Below, piece after piece: positions 12,995 through 25,944 of a stretch of 64,000 bases of DNA. A program made the translations under genes and the position numbers. This stretch comes from Octopus vulgaris (lineage: Eukaryota), in the NCBI GenBank assembly GCA_951406725.2, contig OX597821.1, positions 49,352,001-49,416,000 on the forward strand. Reading direction: 5' to 3'. The notes beneath the pieces were generated by a model that did no database searches, had not been told where the DNA came from, and saw only the letters and a list, made by a program, of their open reading frames with translations. Position 1 is the first letter of the stretch; each line of letters begins with the position of its first letter.

Positions 12995-13460
12995 TCGTTT
13001 AACGTCTGCTTTCCATGCTAGCATGGGGAGGACAATTTGACTGAGGTCTGGTGAACCAGATGGCTGCACCAGGCTTCAATCTGATCTGACGGAGTTTCTA
13101 CAGCTGGATGCCCTTCCTAATGCCAACCACTCCGAGAGTGTTGTGAGTGCTTTTACCTGCCACCGGCACGAGGACCAGTGAGGCAGTCCTGGCAACGGCC
13201 ATGCTCAAATGGTGCTTTTTACATGCCACCTGCACAGGAGCCAGTCCAGTGGCACTGGCAACGACCTCGCTCGAATGTTTTTTCACATGCCACCAGCACA
13301 AATACCAGTAAGGCAACGCAGGTAACGATCATGCTCGAATGGTGCTTTTTACATGCCACCGGCATGGAAGCCAGTTTGTTGCTCTGGCAATGATCATGCT
13401 TGGATGGTACTCTTAGCACTCCACTAGCATGGATGCCAGTCATCGAATTTGATTTCAATT
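12995..13460 (-). mobile_element. RTE-family 3' UTR with about 5 tandem modules, nested in the Helitron-like element
   Basis: Reverse complement of the 39300-39645 type sequence. Confidence 0.85.
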
Positions 13461-13589
13461 TCGATTAACTTAACTTTACCAAAATGAGTTTACACCACAC
13501 GAAAATTAGGTTAGTTTGGAATTGGAAATTCTCAATTGCTAAACTATGTTAGAAGAATCATGAAATATTACTAAATTTGCAAAATCATG

Positions 13590-13965
13590 CAACAACATTC
13601 TTCAATGGCTGGCATAGTGTTGTTCAATTATGAACAGGTACATCTGTAAATATTGCAAATCACCATGTAGCCTTTGGCTGAAAAGTGTGGTACTGCAAGC
13701 TTTGTAAAACACGAAAATCAGTCCATCACAGGTTATACTTTGATAAAAGCCATGTGCCCCTGTATAACATCCTTTTAATCATTTATTGTTGGTCACATGA
13801 TATGTCGCTAAATGATATGATGCATGAATTTTCTGTACAAAGTAGAGCTACTATTGTAGATTGCAGTTAATTTCTGTTGAGCAGTATGTGATGCTTGGCT
13901 TGAACAAAATTCAATGCAAATTGGCAGCATTGATGCTAATGGGCAACCAGACTTTGTGGAGATAG
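13590..13965 (+). pseudogene. Merlin/ISXO2(IS1595)-like DDE transposase N-terminal remnant
   Basis: LQWLA, WYCKLCKTRKS, F.KSHVPL..IL.IIYCWS, TIVD and MQIGSIDANGQPDFVEI resemble the zinc ribbon and IGG...VEIDE motif; stops and frameshifts present. Confidence 0.65.
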
Positions 13966-15788
13966 TTCAAAAGACTTCAGTTTCGAGTGTGAGTGAGCTA
14001 TGCACTGTCAATCAACAGGTCCTAAGTACAATCATTGAAAGTAACTGGGCTTCATCTGATGGAACCCTGCTTTTCTCACGGCCAGCTGTATGCTGGTTGT
14101 TCAAGGGTTGGGAATGGAAACAAGCTATTATTATTCTAGTATTTGGGAAGACCAAAAATGTTGTTCATCATGCAGCTTTGCAATAAGTTCCAAATAGACA
14201 AATTATATCATAGTTTTGATGAAAACTGTTCATTGCTTGAAAAATATTGTTCAAGTTTAATATGTTCTCAATGCATGAAGTGTTATTGTTGGGCCCAAGG
14301 CCCAATGCAGAGCCCTCCACAGGAGCTAGGCTAATAACCACCCTATCAGGTGGCTTTTAAGCTAGTAACTATAATAATAATAACTATAATCAAAACAAAA
14401 TATCTCAAATGGTACCACACCAACATAAAATGATTCTATTGGAATAAGAGTTTTTGGTGTGGTTAATGAAACCCCTTTATTCATTAAGGTATTGGACTGA
14501 TGGTAAATGGTCATAGGGAGAGAGAGGCTGTTGTATGAGCCAGGGCCTAATCCTAATTTCAAGAAGGAAATGAGCCCCAGACAAATAGAACCCTTGCTAT
14601 AAGCTCCATGATGACTTGCACTCTGCCTGCTCCTAGAGAAAAATTTGAACTAAGCATTGTTAGATTATGAAACACTTGTTACTTATTGTGAACCAGTGGC
14701 GCAGCCTTTATGTGTTGTTCAGTGTGATAGAAATAGCTACCAAATTGCCTCAAGTCACACAATATAAGGACACATTGGACAATGTAGTCCTAGATACACT
14801 GTCCAAAGCACAGGATGGTTATGGATGAAATGTCATTGACCATTGGTCTACTTGATTTGATCAGAACTAACCTGAGGCTAGACAACAACAGGGCTTCTAG
14901 CAAGTTAGAGTGAGCTGTCAGGACCATGAACACAATACCGTTCTAGTATCTCTATACTAAGCACCGAATTTTAAAAATTTTAGTCTGGCTCATCCACCTA
15001 TGATGTGCTCACCTATCACTCACTTATGACATTTCCATTTACAACTCATAGCATGCCTCCTTAAGACTCACATATGACTCACTCATGATTCACCCACCTA
15101 TAACTCATAACATGTCCACCTATGACACTTAAGACTCAACCATCTCTGATCCACTTATGATTCACTTGTGACTCATCTACTTATGACTTGCCCAATTTGA
15201 CTCTCCAAAATATACATTAAACATATTAGACATAAAATATTGACTACAACCTTTTCTTGGTTTGGCCATGCTGGAGTATCACCACTACTACAACCACCAT
15301 CGGCACTTTCCTTAACATCACTACTGCAACCACTACTTCTAGTAGAGGTAGTCATTAACACCACTACTACTACTTCCACTATGAAAAGCAGTTTTACTTC
15401 TTAAGGAGAGTACTTGTGATATTGAGTATTGACCAGTGAACTAAAACAGATCTACTACATGGTCACTCAATCAGCCAGAAATAGCAGTCAAATCACACTA
15501 TTTTATGAAAGGAAAGGATATTTTAGATAACGTTGTAGTTTTTAAAAGACATAATAGTCATATCTGGAATGCCTTTGATCTCTTGGATCATGGCTAATCT
15601 GAGACTAAAGAACAATTAACCTCCTTATGGATTCTACCAAGCCTTCACAGTGTACCTCTAATGTGTGACATAACATTTGCTGTCCTTAGTTAATGATCTT
15701 CCTAAATTTATTACGTCAATTAAATTTAAAATCGAAAACCTCAAGATGAGGATAATAAAAGCTGTATTATTTATTATTTTCTTTGAAG

Positions 15789-15847
15789 GATTTGGAAAGT
15801 CATCTGCGAATATGTAACAATGTAATGTGTCCTCATCAAAAATATGG
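15789..15847 (+). CDS. TRAF7: TRAF7 exon: DLESHLRICNNVMCPHQKYG
   Basis: ttttctttgaag acceptor, gg|gtaagt donor. Matches LE.HL..C....CPH.KYG. Confidence 0.94.
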
Positions 15848-15960
15848 GTAAGTGCTTATGCTGTCTCCTCCTTTACTCTCTGCTGTGGTGCTATTGATTA
15901 GAGGTGGTGGACTACCTCTAAGATTGTCTCTGTTCTCTACATTGCTAGCTTGACTTTATG

Positions 15961-16635
15961 CTTCGCTCTACCTCTATTCTACCCTATATACCTCACTCTT
16001 CCTCTATTCTACTCTATATACCTCACTCTTCCTCTATTCTACCCTATATACCTCACTCTACCTCTATTCTACCCTATATACCTCACTCTTCCTCTATTCT
16101 ACTCTATATACTTCATTCTACCTCTATTCTACCCTATATACCTCACTCTTCCTCTATTCTACCCTATATACCTCACTCTTCCTCTATTCTACTCTATATA
16201 CCTCACTCTTCCTCTATTCTACCCTATATACCTCACTCTACCTCTATTCTACCCTATATACCTCACTCTTCCTCTATTCTACTCTATATACTTCATTCTA
16301 CCTCTGTTCTACCCTATATACTTCACTCTACCTCTATTCTACTCTATATACCTCACTCTTCCTCTATTCTACCCTATATACCTCACTCTTCCTCTATTCT
16401 ACCCTATATACCTCACTCTTCCTCTATTCTACCCTATATACCTCACTCTTCCTCTATTCTACTCTATATACTTCATTCTACCTCTGTTCTACCCTATATA
16501 CCTCACTCTTCCTCTATTCTACCCTATATACCTCACTCTTCCTCTATTCTACCCTATATACCTCACTCTTCCTCTATTCTACCCTATATACCTCACTCTT
16601 CCTCTATTCTACCCTATATACTTCACTCTACCTCT
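15961..16635. repeat. 30-bp minisatellite, 22 full units plus a partial (cctcactcttcctctattctaccctatata)
   Basis: Read directly. Degenerate units resume at about 16898-17030 after a SINE. Confidence 0.98.
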
Positions 16636-16639
16636 TTCA

Positions 16640-16897
16640 AAGAAAGGGTCAGAGGTCTTTCCTGAGTTATAGGCATATAAAGCCAGATCCCTGGATTCAG
16701 TAGTATACATATTTCCCACTGGACGAGACACCAGTTCATTGCAGGCTTACTGGGTTTTTTCCAGTTGAGTAGACTGGAGCAATGTGAAATGAAGTGTTTT
16801 GCTGAAGAACACAATGCATTGTTTGGTCCAGAAATCAAAACCACAATATTACCATCATTAGTGCAGCACCCCTAGCCACTAAGCCGCATGCCTCCAC
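16640..16897 (-). mobile_element. tRNA-derived SINE (CORE-like)
   Basis: Minus strand begins ggaggcatgcggcttagtggctagggg (A-box-like), then ggttttgatttctgg and ttgtgttcttcagcaaaacacttcatttcacattgctc. Confidence 0.7.
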
Positions 16898-17841
16898 TGC
16901 TCTACCTCTATCCTACCCTATATACCTCACTCTACCGCCATTCTACACTATACACCTCACCCTACCTCTATTCTACCCTAGATACCTTGCTCTGACTCTT
17001 TTCTACCCTACATACTCCATTCTACTCCTAATCTGCTCTCCATGCCTGAACCTGCTTCATTTGCATTAAAGTATGCTCTAAAATAATTTAACTGTTTGGA
17101 CAAAATTTCTGTTTCATGGCACAACAATAAAAAAAAAAATTGGAACAGAAATAATAAATATGATAATTAGAGGTGGTGGAGACCATGTCCCAGAACAGAT
17201 AACAGAGGCAGGGTCTGTTGTGGAGAGATAAAATACAGTAGGATGGCAAGTGTTGGTGCAGTTTGAAGAGTGTTGGAGGGGGAAACCCTATACTACTTCC
17301 CATACCATGTTCAGTGCTAATTTCTTACATTGATACCATAAATTTAATGAGGAGACTCTGTTGTTGATTGATAATTAATATATTAATTGGCTTGCATTTT
17401 ACTGATACCAATAAAATAAAGGTACTCTGGCTTAGTACCTTACTGTTCTAGCCACCCCTCTGTAATATTGGTAATATCCTATCAATTCCTCAAATTCAGA
17501 GGCAGCTTATATATTTATTTAAATCGACTTTATGGGTATTTTATTGATCCTAAAAAATGTTGATAGAGTTAACTGAAGTTAGATTTGAACTTGAAATGTA
17601 GTAACTAAATATCAAAAATCATTTTCATCAACATTCTATGGTCTTTCTCTCTCTCTAATATTGAGAACTATTCTTCCAGTTATATATAGCTTGAACTGAG
17701 ATCATTTCTGTTTTATTTGAATAAACCAGTTTTTAATTCGGTTACTAAAAGATTAACACAATTGGTCAAAGGCTGCTGTCCAAATTTAGTTAAATGATAA
17801 ATTTGAAGTGATTTATTGATCTCTTATTTCTGTTGTGTATT

Positions 17842-18150
17842 TCATCATCGTTTAATGTCCGTTTTCCATGCTAACATGGGTTGGACGATTCGACCGGGGT
17901 CTAGGAACCAGGAGGCTGCACCAGGCTCCAGTCTGATCTGGCAGTGTTTCTACAGCTGGATGCCCTTCCTAACGCCAACCACTCTGTGAGTGTTGTGGGT
18001 GCTTTTCACGTGCCACCAGCACAGGTGCCTGGGGAGGCTGGCAACGGTCATGATTGGTTGGTGCTTTTTACGTGCCACCAGCACGGAAGCCAGTCATGGT
18101 GGCACTGGCATCGACCACGTACGGATGGTGCTTTTTACGTGCCACTGGCA
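17842..18150 (-). mobile_element. RTE-family 3' UTR fragment with 3 modules
   Basis: Reverse complement of the conserved 3' end with a (CAT)n tail. Confidence 0.85.
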
Positions 18151-18589
18151 CAAAATCATATTTCTTGGAATTATACATATAAGAGCTTCAATGTGTAGAT
18201 TAATTTATGTTTAAAGTTTTGATGCGACCTTCATTTGGTTTGAAGGCTAGCATTATAGTTTATGTCCAGATTTCACTAAATTGTCTAGTGAGTTTTAATT
18301 GACATTCAAAATAAAGAATTTGAAGCAGGGTAGGTTATAACTAATTTTGATTTATAGGTATCTTTTGTTACTGTATGGTATACAGTCTTACAAAAGAGAA
18401 ACATTTTACTAACTGAAATTTTATGTTTTCATATAATAATGAAGATTTCGGATGATGAAGTTTTTAAATTCACTATGAATAGTAATTATTTACAATTGAT
18501 TTTAAGTGGAATTTGTAATGCGCAAACTGAAATTGTGATAAAAGAGTTTGTTTTGAGGGTTAACCTTATTTTACACCATCTTGCCACTC

Positions 18590-19680
18590 AATTTGATATT
18601 TAAAAAATCTCTTGATCCACTGCAAAAAAAAAAAAAAAAATGGAAAATACATATTGAAGAAGATGAAAAGTATGTAATAATAACAATAATAAACAAAAAA
18701 AAAACTGTATAAGAAACAACAAAAGCTGTAAAACAACTGAAATCCTGATGAAAACTGGAACAACAAAATATTGTGATAAAACAATGGCAAGAAAAGCCCT
18801 TACATAGCAAATATTGGGATAAGCTAAACAGAAAAGAAATAGACAAAGTAAAATCTCAACAATGGCTGAGAAACTCAGAACTCAAAGCAGCAGCTAAAGG
18901 ATTTTTAATTGCAGCACAAAATCAAAGCCCCCACCCCCACCACCAGCCCACCATAAACACATAATGAAGCAAAATACAAGTAACTGCAGAATATGTAGTG
19001 ATGAGGAAGAAACAATAAATCATTTTGCTTCAGGCTACCCAGTCCTGGCTAAGAAGGAATATATGCACAGACATGACAGAGTTGGGACCTGTGTACACCA
19101 GAAGCTATGTCAACACTATGAAATGACAACAGAAAAAAAAAAATGTATATGCACACCCCAGAAAAGGTTTCAGAAAATGACAAAGTAACCATACTCTGGG
19201 ATATGCCAATACATACAGATAGAGAAATTAAGGCTAATAGACAGGATATAGTTATCAGAGATCACCAAGAAAAAAATGCCTTCTTATTGATGTATCAATA
19301 CCAACAGATGACAATGTATCTCTAAAAGAAATGGAGAAACTCTCAAAATACAAAGATCTGGAAATAGAAGTAACTAGAATGTGGAGCCTGAAAACAGAAA
19401 CAGTCCCTATATTAATAGGTGCATTAGGTTTGATTAAAAAACATTCAGACAAATGCATAACCAAAACACCAGGACTTATGAATGTATATAACATACAGAA
19501 AATAACACTACCAGGCACTGCATACATCCTATGTAAAACACTTTCAATACAGTGAAAGCAAGAGCACCACAACAAAGCACAACACATACTCTAAGCACAG
19601 AGAACTGTGCTTGGTAGTGCAGTGAAAGCATGTGATAAAAATAAGACTACTGAATCATAATAATAATAATAATAATAACT
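18590..19680 (+). mobile_element. 5'-truncated R4/Dong-type element: CCHC and restriction-like endonuclease, (TAA)n tail
   Basis: W.EKPLH, GFLIAAQ, CRIC....ETINH, Y.HRHD, ILWDMPIHTDREIKANR.DIV, EKLSKYKDL, VPILIGALG; ends in taataataa. Confidence 0.88.
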
Positions 19681-19989
19681 TATAATTTAGGCACCAGACT
19701 ACCTATTTTAGGGAAAGGGGCTAGTTGATTAAATCATCCACTAGTACGACTAGCAATTCATTTCATTTACTCTGAAAAGGGATGAGAAACAAAAATTAAC
19801 TTCAGCAGGATTTGAACTCAAAATGTAAAAGAGCCAACCCAGAACAAATAGTTCAAGGGTGCCATTCCACCACTCTATTAATGATAGTAAGAATCGGTAT
19901 TATTGTAAGGCAGCGAGCTGGCAGAATCATTAGCACGCTGGGCAAAATGCTTAGCAGTATTCCGTCGAGGTTGATTTTGCTTTTCATCC

Positions 19990-20560
19990 TGTTGTGATGA
20001 GAATCACAACACCTCCTTGTGAGAAATTGACTGGACTGTGCAATTATAAATAGTAGTGGTCAGGGTGAAGTTTGTGGTTAGTTGAATTTGCAGTAAAGTT
20101 GGAAGGTCTCAGTTGGTCAGTTCATTTGGAATATTGATTGTTGGTTTGTGAAGAGATCGTCAGATCGTTACATTGTTATTACGGCTGCATCGTTATCTTC
20201 TTTACTGTTACTACACTGGTACAGTGCATCTGAACCACCTGTCACAATATCATGGTGGTACTACAACATTAAGAGACGGAAGATACAACATCTGGTGTCA
20301 AGGGTTTTGAAGCTCACATAGGTTATTTAGCAATTTGTTCATGATACAACTTGTTAAATGATGGAAGACCTATTAACTTCTATGATACAGTTGCAAAAGC
20401 AACAACAAGAACAGCAACAGTAGTTGCAGAAGCAACTCGTGCAACAACAACTACAACAACAACAATTATTGGAGCTATACGCAAAGAAGTCAAAAAATGC
20501 AGTAACTTTGTTTTCGCCAGATGGCTTATTGAACTCCATAAAAGAATTTAGTTATAACCC
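19990..20560 (+). mobile_element. LTR retrotransposon 5' end (probably Ty3/Gypsy): LTR 19990-20290, PBS, gag remnant
   Basis: TGTTGT...ACAACA termini, then TGGTGTCA PBS-like motif 2 nt downstream, then a Q-rich stretch and NSIKEFSYNP. Truncates a SINE at its left edge. Confidence 0.65.
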
Positions 20561-20784
20561 GTTTCTTTTGGGTACCCCCTCATATTGATAATGAAATGAG
20601 GAAGATTTGAATGAAGGAAGGGAATTGAAATGCCAACTGGACAAACAATGAAAGCAGTTGAGAAAGGACAGTGATATTTGGGAATATTGGAGGGAGATGA
20701 AATAAATCATGAAGAGATGAAGCAAGTTACAAGTAGGGAGTATACAATTAAAATGAGGGAAATGACATGCATTATTCTTCAAAA

Positions 20785-21521
20785 TTACTCTGCCTGTTAC
20801 CTTCTTCTATGTGCAACAAAATAACCAGCTAAGTTGTCTTGCTTCTTCTTCGCTTTTAATTGTATTCATCTATTTGCATTTCTACCTTGCAAAATACTAA
20901 CTCGCTTTTAATCTAATTTAACCTCACTTATCATAATCGTACTTTTGTCTCTCATTTAGCACATTCAGTAGTAGTTTAAATATTCAAATTAAATTAATCA
21001 AACTTACTATAATTGTAATTTTGCCTTTCATACTCTGTTCTTCATTTCTTCATTATTGTCTCTGTAAAAAAATATGTTTAGTCTTCCTCATTGTAATTTT
21101 TGCCTGTAATGCCCTGTTTGCTCATTTCATTATTAGCGCCCCTATGATAATAACTGCGGCTACCCTGAAAATTAGCGTAGCTGTTTTGTCATATATGTCT
21201 TTTAATTTGTTTATGACCCAGCAAGCATGGCAGCCACTTCTGGTGGTCAACCTCTCTCTTCTTCCTGTTGCTGCCTTATATATAAACCCCTTTGGACATG
21301 CATTATTCCTCAAGGTTACTCTGCCTGCTACCTCCTCCCATATGTGACGAAATGACCAGCTATGTTGTCTTGCTTCTTCTTTGCCTTTAATTGTACATCA
21401 TTTGTCTATTTGCATTTCTACCTTGTAAAATTACTGATCCGCCTTTAATTTAATTTGATCTAACTTATCATACTCGTAATTTTGTCTCTCATTTAGCACA
21501 GCCAGTAGTAGTTTAGACATT
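20785..21521. repeat. Diverged direct repeat of about 200 bp (20785-20984 / 21316-21521)
   Basis: Both copies share ttactctgcctg, accagcta.gttgtcttgcttcttc and ttttgtctctcatttagcaca..cagtagtagttta. Confidence 0.85.
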
Positions 21522-21949
21522 TCCTTATGTGTGTGATGCACCCACTTTTTCTCACCCTACCACCTATACCAGAAATCTCTCTCTCTCTCTCTCTTTCACT
21601 TCTGTACCAGAACCTCTCTTGGAAATTCTTCTTCCTCTCAGTAGTTTTTCATCCACATTACTGCAATATACAAGCTACAGTTTGTATTTTTTGCACCAAA
21701 ATATTGTTGAAGAGTACTTGTCTACTAGTTAACTATTTTTCTTTTATCTACCTTTGTATTAACAATACTTGCATAGCATCCAACTATTTTTACTAACTTT
21801 ATTTACTCGTCTTTGTATTAACCATGCTTGTATACCACTCACTTCAGCTAGATACTGCTAGTGTAACACATATGAATGATAGATTGAATATAAGGACAAC
21901 TGATATGACATGTCTGTTGACAAATGCTCATTGAAACCTTTCTTTCTTC

Positions 21950-24665
21950 TCTTTGCTCCCTTTTCTTCTTTCTGCTCCCTTCCTCTTCTCCCTTCACATC
22001 TTTAGAGTTGACACCATCAATGTAAGCACAATGGAAGGTAGGTCTGATGAGTTTGTTGAGATGCTTGAATGGAGGTGTGTTAATGCGTGCTGCATTCAAG
22101 AAATAAGGTGGAGGGATGCTTCAACCAGGCTGCTCACAGGCAAAAACCATAGGTATATAATTTTCTGGGAAGGCAACACTGATGGAGTAGATGATGTGAG
22201 CATATTCCTAAGTGAGAAATGGGTGGCTAAGGTGATTGAGATAGTCAGTGTATAATAGAGTACCTAAGCTTAGACTAGTTTTGCAAAATAGTACGGCGAT
22301 AATTATCTCTGCTTATGCCTCTCAAATGGGTCTGCTAAATGAACAAAAGGATTGTTTTTATGATATTCTTTTGTATGGTACCTCAAAAACAAATGACAGT
22401 GACCTTCTCTACGTAGCTGGTGACTTCAGTGGACATGTTGGACAGCAACCAGGTGTCTTCTGTGGTGTGCATGGTGGCTATGAAGTTAGTTCCTGTATTG
22501 AGGAAGGAACAAGACTTATGGAGTTCTGTGATGCAAATAACCTAATAATCTGCAACACCAACATCAGGAAGCCAGCTAGTCACCTAATAACTTTTCAATC
22601 TAGTGGCCATGCTAGTCAGGTTGACTGTATTCTCACCAGAAAGTGAGGTACATGTTTGCTCTAAAATGCAAAGATCTTCCCTGGTGAAGAATATACCCCT
22701 CAGCATAGGTTAGTCATTAGTAATTTCAGACTACATGCTACAAGGATTTCTAGAAGTAGACCAGTCTAGAAAAGGAAGATCTGGAAGCTTAAGGATCCTT
22801 TGAATAGTTAGAGATTTAGAGGCATCCTAACTGAAGCATTTAATGAGAAGGAGGAGGAGTTAGAGACATATGACATAGAGGATAACTAGAAGTTCCTATG
22901 AAACAGCTTAATTGAGAACATCAAACCAAATTTGTGGCTGGTGAAAAGTTCCAGCCAGACCTAGGGTGTCATGGTTGTGAAACAATGTAGTTGACAAAGC
23001 CATTAGAGCAAAGAAACAGACTTGAAAAGACTAGAAGGGTGGCAGTAGCAAAGATCTATATCAGGTAGCATGAAGGGAAGCTGAGAGTTAGGTATACTTA
23101 GCCAGGGAAAGAACAGAAAAAAAAGAAGTTTGTCAATGTTCTGAGGCATGAGGACAAGTGGCTTGAAGTGTTTCAGTTTGCAAGACAGTGTGTTATAGGA
23201 GAGAAATGCATTTGCATAGATGATGGTTCACTTGCAGTTAGTGACTCTGCAAAGAAAGAGGCTTGGAAGTGCCAATATGAAAGGCTGCTAAATATAGGGA
23301 ACACATGGGAAAAGGAGAGTCTGCCTCATGTGAACGCAACAGAGGAAAAGCCCCTGACTGATCAGGAATCATCACTGAGATGCTTAAAATATCTGATGGA
23401 TTGGGATATGGTTTAGTCACCTGTATAGTTAATCAGGTTATCCATGAGAGAGTCACACCTAATGACTGGTGTAACAGCATTATAATCAATGGCTACAAAA
23501 GTAAAAGTCACACCTTAAATAGAAATGATTACAGCAGTATCAGATTGTTGGACCAGATAATGAAAGTTAGAGAGAGGGTCATAGCTTAACTAACTAGGGA
23601 AAAAGTTAGTGTAGATGAGATGCAGTTTGGTTTTGTGCCAAGGTGAAGCACTATTGACGCTATATTCTCGGTAAGGCAGCTGCAGGAGAAGTACTTAGCT
23701 AAAAATAAACTTCTGTTTCTGGTTTTTGTTGACATGGAGAAAGCCTTTGACAGGATCCCCCACTACCTTATCTGGTGGTCAATGCAGAAGCTAGGGATCG
23801 ATGAGTGGTTGGTGATAACTGCACAAGCCATGTACACGGATGCTATCAGTATGCTGAAAGTTGGCAATGAGTATAGCAATGAATTCAGTGTATAGGTAGT
23901 AGTTCACCAGTGATCAGTTCTCAGCCCCTTCATGCTCATCATAGTCCTCTAGGCAAACAGGAATCTAAAGCAGGTTGTCCTTTAGAGTTCCCCTATGTTG
24001 ATAACCTTGTTATTATTGCTGAATCACTACCAGAAATAGAGAGACAATTTCAGGTGTGGAAGCAAGGTCGGGAATCAAAGGGCCTTAGAGTTTCATTTAG
24101 CAAAGACTAAAGTCTTAGTACATGTAAAAACAGACAAGTCACATATCCCTTTGAGGAGGTGGCCCTGCTTGTTATGTAGAAAATATGTAGATAGAAACTC
24201 CATAAGGTGTATTCAGTGTAAGTTATGGACATATCAGAGGAAAGTTAACAGAGAAAGTAGTCTTTGTGTGTGACAGGTGTATAGGCACAATAAACACTAG
24301 GAATGTACAAAGAATATATTTTGTCAAATGCCCAGTGGGGTATTTAGAAGTAGTAGATAGCTTTCATTACCTAGGTGACAAAACCAGTAGTGAAGGAGGA
24401 TGCTCTGAGAGTATAGCTGCTAAAATAAGAATGGACTGGGCAAACTTCTACTTTGTTGGTAACAAATGACTTCTCCCTCAGAGTTTGATGCCTGTGTGTG
24501 AACATCCATGCTACATGGCAGTGAAACATGGGCTGTGACTGCACAGGCTATATGAAGGCTTGAAAGAAATGAAGCTAGTATGCTTCGCTGGATGTGCAAT
24601 GTCACTCTACATATATGATAGTGTGAGTGTTTAAAGAGAAAAATTGGGTATAAGAGGCATCAAAT
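21950..24665 (+). mobile_element. Near full-length decayed RTE-like LINE (APE endonuclease plus RT)
   Basis: CCIQEIRW, ISAYA.Q, AGDF.GHVG, QFGFVP, FVDMEKAFD, YVDN (YADD position), F.YLGD, HGSETWAV; many stops. Confidence 0.92.
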
Positions 24666-24699
24666 AAGTGAGTGTGTTAAATAATAAGGCACTAAAAGA

Positions 24700-25130
24700 G
24701 AATGACTCTCCCCAGACACAACAGAGTTGGAATTGTTGAATGGGCAAAAAGCAACATACAGAAACTTGACTGAAAATCTAAATGCTGTTGACTGTGTATG
24801 GAACCCACCATCCTAAAGCTGATATTTACCAGTTGTACTTGAAGGAGACTTAGTTGCTGTAGAAGAGTGTGTTCACATGGAAAGAAAAATCCTACTTGAA
24901 TATTTACAGAACTACACAGAGAAATTACTAAAGGCAGTGAATAAAGAATAGATAATCAAGTGTGGAATAGGAGACAAAGACATGAATGAAATTCAAAGAG
25001 AGTATGTTTGATCAGACTGAAAAGAAACCTAAGCATGATCAGTTTTGGAAAGCTACTGGGGATGTATATAGAACCAAAACCTGGGTTTGGTTGAAAAAAG
25101 GGCAATTTATAAAAGAATGTGCAAGCCTTA
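24700..25130 (+). mobile_element. Old R4/Dong-like fragment
   Basis: YG.HHPKADIY.LYL and W.WLKKG motifs. Confidence 0.55.
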
Positions 25131-25944
25131 GAATAACTTTACAGTAATTCTAAATCTTTTGAAGTTCATATTTTAGGTCCTGCTTATCTTACCATTTTCC
25201 TAAATTTTTTTTTGCTGCCACTCTTGTATCAACATCTATCAAGCAATGCACTCTTTTCTTTTTGTTGAATGAAATATGTAATATGCTTGATCAGATGGTT
25301 TAAAAGTACTAGAAATACAAGGTTAATACAATCATACAATAACTCAAGATCAAGTATTAAAAAGAAACAACTTGAGAAAATATATGAAACAATGGCACAC
25401 AATGTTGCAAAATGTCCCAAGTTGTCAGTGGGGGAATAGAAGAAATGGAGACTTGACCAAGTTGTGAAAGTTTTGCCCTGGAGACTGTCAGAAATGTGGT
25501 GTTTGAAGCTGGTAGTACTTGGTATAGTCATCAGATTGAAAGAGTACTTTGGGTTGGAGAAAGACAAAATTTTATGGTTTGGATGATGTAGCTGTAAAAC
25601 CTGTTCTGTGTAACCATTCAACTTGTTTGGGCAACAACTTAGAATGACTTTTTTTGATCAAAACGCTAAAAATAACTGACCAACAAAAAAATAAAGAAAC
25701 AAGATTCAACCAAATCAAAAAATAAACCCAAATACTAAACGAACAAAGGAAAACCATTCCACTTCCATTGCACGTGCACACACACATTCACATACTCCCC
25801 TTTTACATACACACATACATATTCACACAGAGTTGAAACAATGATTTATTTTTTCAGCATACAATTTTGAACATCCCACTACTAAGTATGAATGACATCA
25901 CCCCTTCCTTTCTCATTTATAATCACAAGAGTATTATTATAGTA

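Larger units (their letters stand above)
12771..14365 (+). mobile_element. Non-autonomous Helitron-like element with captured or inserted sequences
   Basis: A|TCTAATATAATAAATGCG 5' end; 3' CCACC-ctatca-GGTGG hairpin 8 nt before CTAG|T; sits in a (TAA)n tract with no TSD. Confidence 0.7.

Noticed and set aside
13140-13440. CRISPR array call for the repeat/variable-spacer modules
   Set aside because: Eukaryotic intron, no cas genes, variable parts are only 6-11 nt, and the modules belong to an RTE 3' UTR.
15950-16672. 240-aa and 235-aa ORFs
   Set aside because: Translations of a 30-bp minisatellite that lacks stops; no splice or homology support.
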